In this document: positions 61,971 to 64,000 of the stretch, piece by piece
Layout of the letters: the number at the start of each line of letters is the position of its first letter
Position numbering within the stretch: the stretch's first letter is position 1
The notes under the pieces: model-generated
The model's database searches: none
What the model was told of the DNA's origin: nothing
The model's input: the letters and a program-made list of their open reading frames with translations, nothing else
Translations under genes and position numbers: made by a program
Assembly (NCBI RefSeq): GCF_053078305.1
Contig: NZ_CP166879.1
DNA: 64,000 bases
Reading direction: 5' to 3' (one strand)

Positions 61971-63299
61971 ATGGCAATGTTCGGTTTTCCTCACTGGCAG
62001 TTGAAATCGACCTCTACAGAGAGCGGCGTGGTCGCGCCGGATGAACGATTGCCGTTTGCTCAGACGGCAATAATGGGCGTTCAACACGCGGTGGCGATGT
62101 TTGGCGCGACGGTGTTAATGCCGATTCTGATGGGGCTGGATCCCAATCTTTCCATTTTAATGTCAGGGATCGGCACGTTACTGTTTTTCTTTATTACCGG
62201 CGGGCGCGTGCCCAGTTATCTCGGCTCCAGCGCGGCTTTTGTCGGCGTGGTGATCGCCGCAACGGGCTTTAACGGTCAGGGCATTAACCCGAATATCAGC
62301 ATTGCGCTGGGCGGGATTATCGCCTGTGGGCTGGTTTATACCGTCATTGGCCTGGTGGTGGTGAAAATCGGCACGCGCTGGATTGAACGGCTAATGCCGC
62401 CGGTGGTGACGGGTGCGGTGGTGATGGCGATTGGCCTGAACTTAGCGCCTATCGCGGTAAAAAGTGTATCGGCTTCAGGCTTTGATAGCTGGATGGCGGT
62501 AATGACGGTGCTGTGTATTGGGCTGGTGGCGGTGTTTACCCGTGGCATGATCCAGCGGTTATTGATTCTTGTAGGATTAATTGTCGCCTGTCTGCTGTAT
62601 GGCGTGATGACCAACGTTTTAGGGCTGGGAAAAGCCGTCGATTTTACTCTCGTCAGCCATGCTGCCTGGTTCGGTCTGCCACATTTTTCCACTCCTGCTT
62701 TTAATGGTCAGGCAATGATGCTGATTGCGCCCGTGGCGGTGATTCTGGTGGCGGAAAACTTAGGTCATCTCAAGGCGGTCGCCGGGATGACCGGACGCAA
62801 TATGGACCCGTATATGGGGCGAGCATTCGTAGGCGATGGTCTGGCAACGATGCTTTCTGGTTCTGTCGGTGGCAGCGGCGTAACCACCTACGCCGAGAAT
62901 ATCGGTGTAATGGCCGTGACAAAAGTCTACTCGACGCTGGTGTTTGTCGCTGCTGCCGTCATCGCCATGCTGTTGGGCTTTTCACCGAAATTTGGCGCGC
63001 TGATTCATACCATTCCGGCCGCGGTGATTGGTGGTGCATCAATTGTTGTGTTCGGGCTGATTGCCGTCGCAGGCGCAAGGATCTGGGTACAAAACCGTGT
63101 CGATTTAAGCCAGAACGGTAATTTGATTATGGTCGCAGTAACCTTAGTGCTGGGCGCGGGTGATTTTGCTCTCACGCTGGGCGGTTTTACGTTGGGAGGA
63201 ATCGGTACAGCAACCTTTGGCGCGATTTTACTCAATGCGTTATTAAGCAGAAGGTTGGTTGACGTTCCACCGCCAGAAGTTGTTCATCAGGAGCCATAA
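61971..63299 (+). CDS. rutG: RutG, pyrimidine (uracil) permease, NCS2 family (442 aa)
   Basis: Multi-TM NCS2 transporter; start at MAMFGFPHWQL; synteny. Confidence 0.85.
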   Translation: MAMFGFPHWQLKSTSTESGVVAPDERLPFAQTAIMGVQHAVAMFGATVLMPILMGLDPNLSILMSGIGTLLFFFITGGRVPSYLGSSAAFVGVVIAATGFNGQGINPNISIALGGIIACGLVYTVIGLVVVKIGTRWIERLMPPVVTGAVVMAIGLNLAPIAVKSVSASGFDSWMAVMTVLCIGLVAVFTRGMIQRLLILVGLIVACLLYGVMTNVLGLGKAVDFTLVSHAAWFGLPHFSTPAFNGQAMMLIAPVAVILVAENLGHLKAVAGMTGRNMDPYMGRAFVGDGLATMLSGSVGGSGVTTYAENIGVMAVTKVYSTLVFVAAAVIAMLLGFSPKFGALIHTIPAAVIGGASIVVFGLIAVAGARIWVQNRVDLSQNGNLIMVAVTLVLGAGDFALTLGGFTLGGIGTATFGAILLNALLSRRLVDVPPPEVVHQEP

Positions 63300-63381
63300 A
63301 CAGAAAACCGCCGGGATTACCGGCGGTGATGACTTTTTGACGAGCTTAAGAAAAAAATGCATTCGTCATTGATTAGCCCGG

Positions 63382-63555
63382 CTAGTTGTCGCTTTTGCCG
63401 TGACTGCTCTTGCCACCTTTTTTACCTGCTTCAGATGCGCGCTGCGGATCATTCTTGAAATTACCCCCGCTGTGCTGTCCACCTTTTTTACCTGCTTCTG
63501 ATGCTCTTTCGCGGTCTTCTGCAAAATTGCCGGAACCGCCTCGATGGTTTGCCAT
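63382..63555 (-). CDS. ymdF: YmdF, KGG-repeat stress-induced protein (57 aa)
   Basis: Two KGG-motif repeats (SEAGKKGGQHSGGN / SEAGKKGGKSSHG). Confidence 0.7.
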   Translation of the reverse strand: MANHRGGSGNFAEDRERASEAGKKGGQHSGGNFKNDPQRASEAGKKGGKSSHGKSDN

Positions 63556-63927
63556 TACTGACCTCCGTCTGGGTATAGACATCATATTGCATAGAATTAA
63601 CGCGGCGTATGGCGGCTGCCATATTTTCGCTACGTGGGACTAAGCTTAGTGAACTGACGTGTTTCTACCCGCGTTTGGTAATATCCTGCAACAGCTTCTT
63701 AGCGAGAATAGATATCATCTCCAATAATTATCCATAAGCCGCTCTTATGATTAAAAAAACGCGATGAGATAAAAATGTGTCATTTTGCGACAAAATTGCG
63801 TGCTTGTGAAAGTTGTTATAAATCAAATAAGTGGTTGTGAAATTTGCACTCTGAAAAGGACGTCTTATCTTTAAATAAGTGGTAGCGAATCGCTACGGAA
63901 TAGAGATAACACGAGGAGTGGTTAGAA

Positions 63928-63990
63928 ATGGCTAAAGTTCTGGTGCTTTATTATTCCATGTACGGACATATTGAAACCATGAAGCATTAA
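63928..63990 (+). pseudogene. wrbA: wrbA 5' fragment: first 18 codons match WrbA, then the sequence diverges and hits a stop (MAKVLVLYYSMYGHIETM-KH-stop)
   Basis: Translation read directly; intact WrbA continues ...IETMARAVAEGA from memory; the window ends 10 nt later. Confidence 0.55.
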
Positions 63991-64000
63991 AAACACAGAA

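Overview
The window reads as Escherichia coli chromosome, in reverse orientation relative to the usual K-12 map: ycdY'-ycdX-ghrA-serX-ycdU at the left, then dgcT(ycdT)-pgaABCD-phoH-efeBOU-putP-putA-rutR-rutABCDEFG-ymdF-wrbA' on the right. Gene identities come from reading the translated ORFs against remembered K-12 proteins and motifs; no database search was run. Between ycdU and dgcT sits a ~32 kb accessory island (about 3.4-35.4 kb) that K-12 lacks, apart from the ymdE fragment. From memory its layout resembles O-island 47 of O157:H7, but I cannot verify that here. The island holds four modules: (1) a type II FAS/PKS-like lipid biosynthesis set (FabD-like acyltransferase, fused KS-CLF, extra KS-like protein, ACP, FabZ-like dehydratase, FabG-like reductase, AcpS-like PPTase, plus an unexpected GcvT-family protein) with an ABC/FtsX exporter, LolA-like carrier and outer-membrane protein; (2) directly upstream on the same strand, a two-partner secretion pair whose ~1270-codon TpsA is broken by a single in-frame TAG and carries a ~1.1 kb internal duplication; (3) a chaperone-usher fimbrial operon with its own regulator; (4) a ToxR/ToxS-like pair and an EAL phosphodiesterase next to dgcT and pgaABCD. 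The most interesting candidate is the contiguous, tightly spaced TPS plus lipid-synthesis plus export locus ending in ycdU, which suggests one pathway making a secreted or outer-membrane lipid or lipidated product. Other points: efeU is intact (frameshifted in K-12), a 447-aa repeat protein is inserted between efeU and putP, and wrbA is cut off after codon 18 at the right edge, consistent with an insertion junction. No CRISPR array, rRNA or IS transposase was seen.
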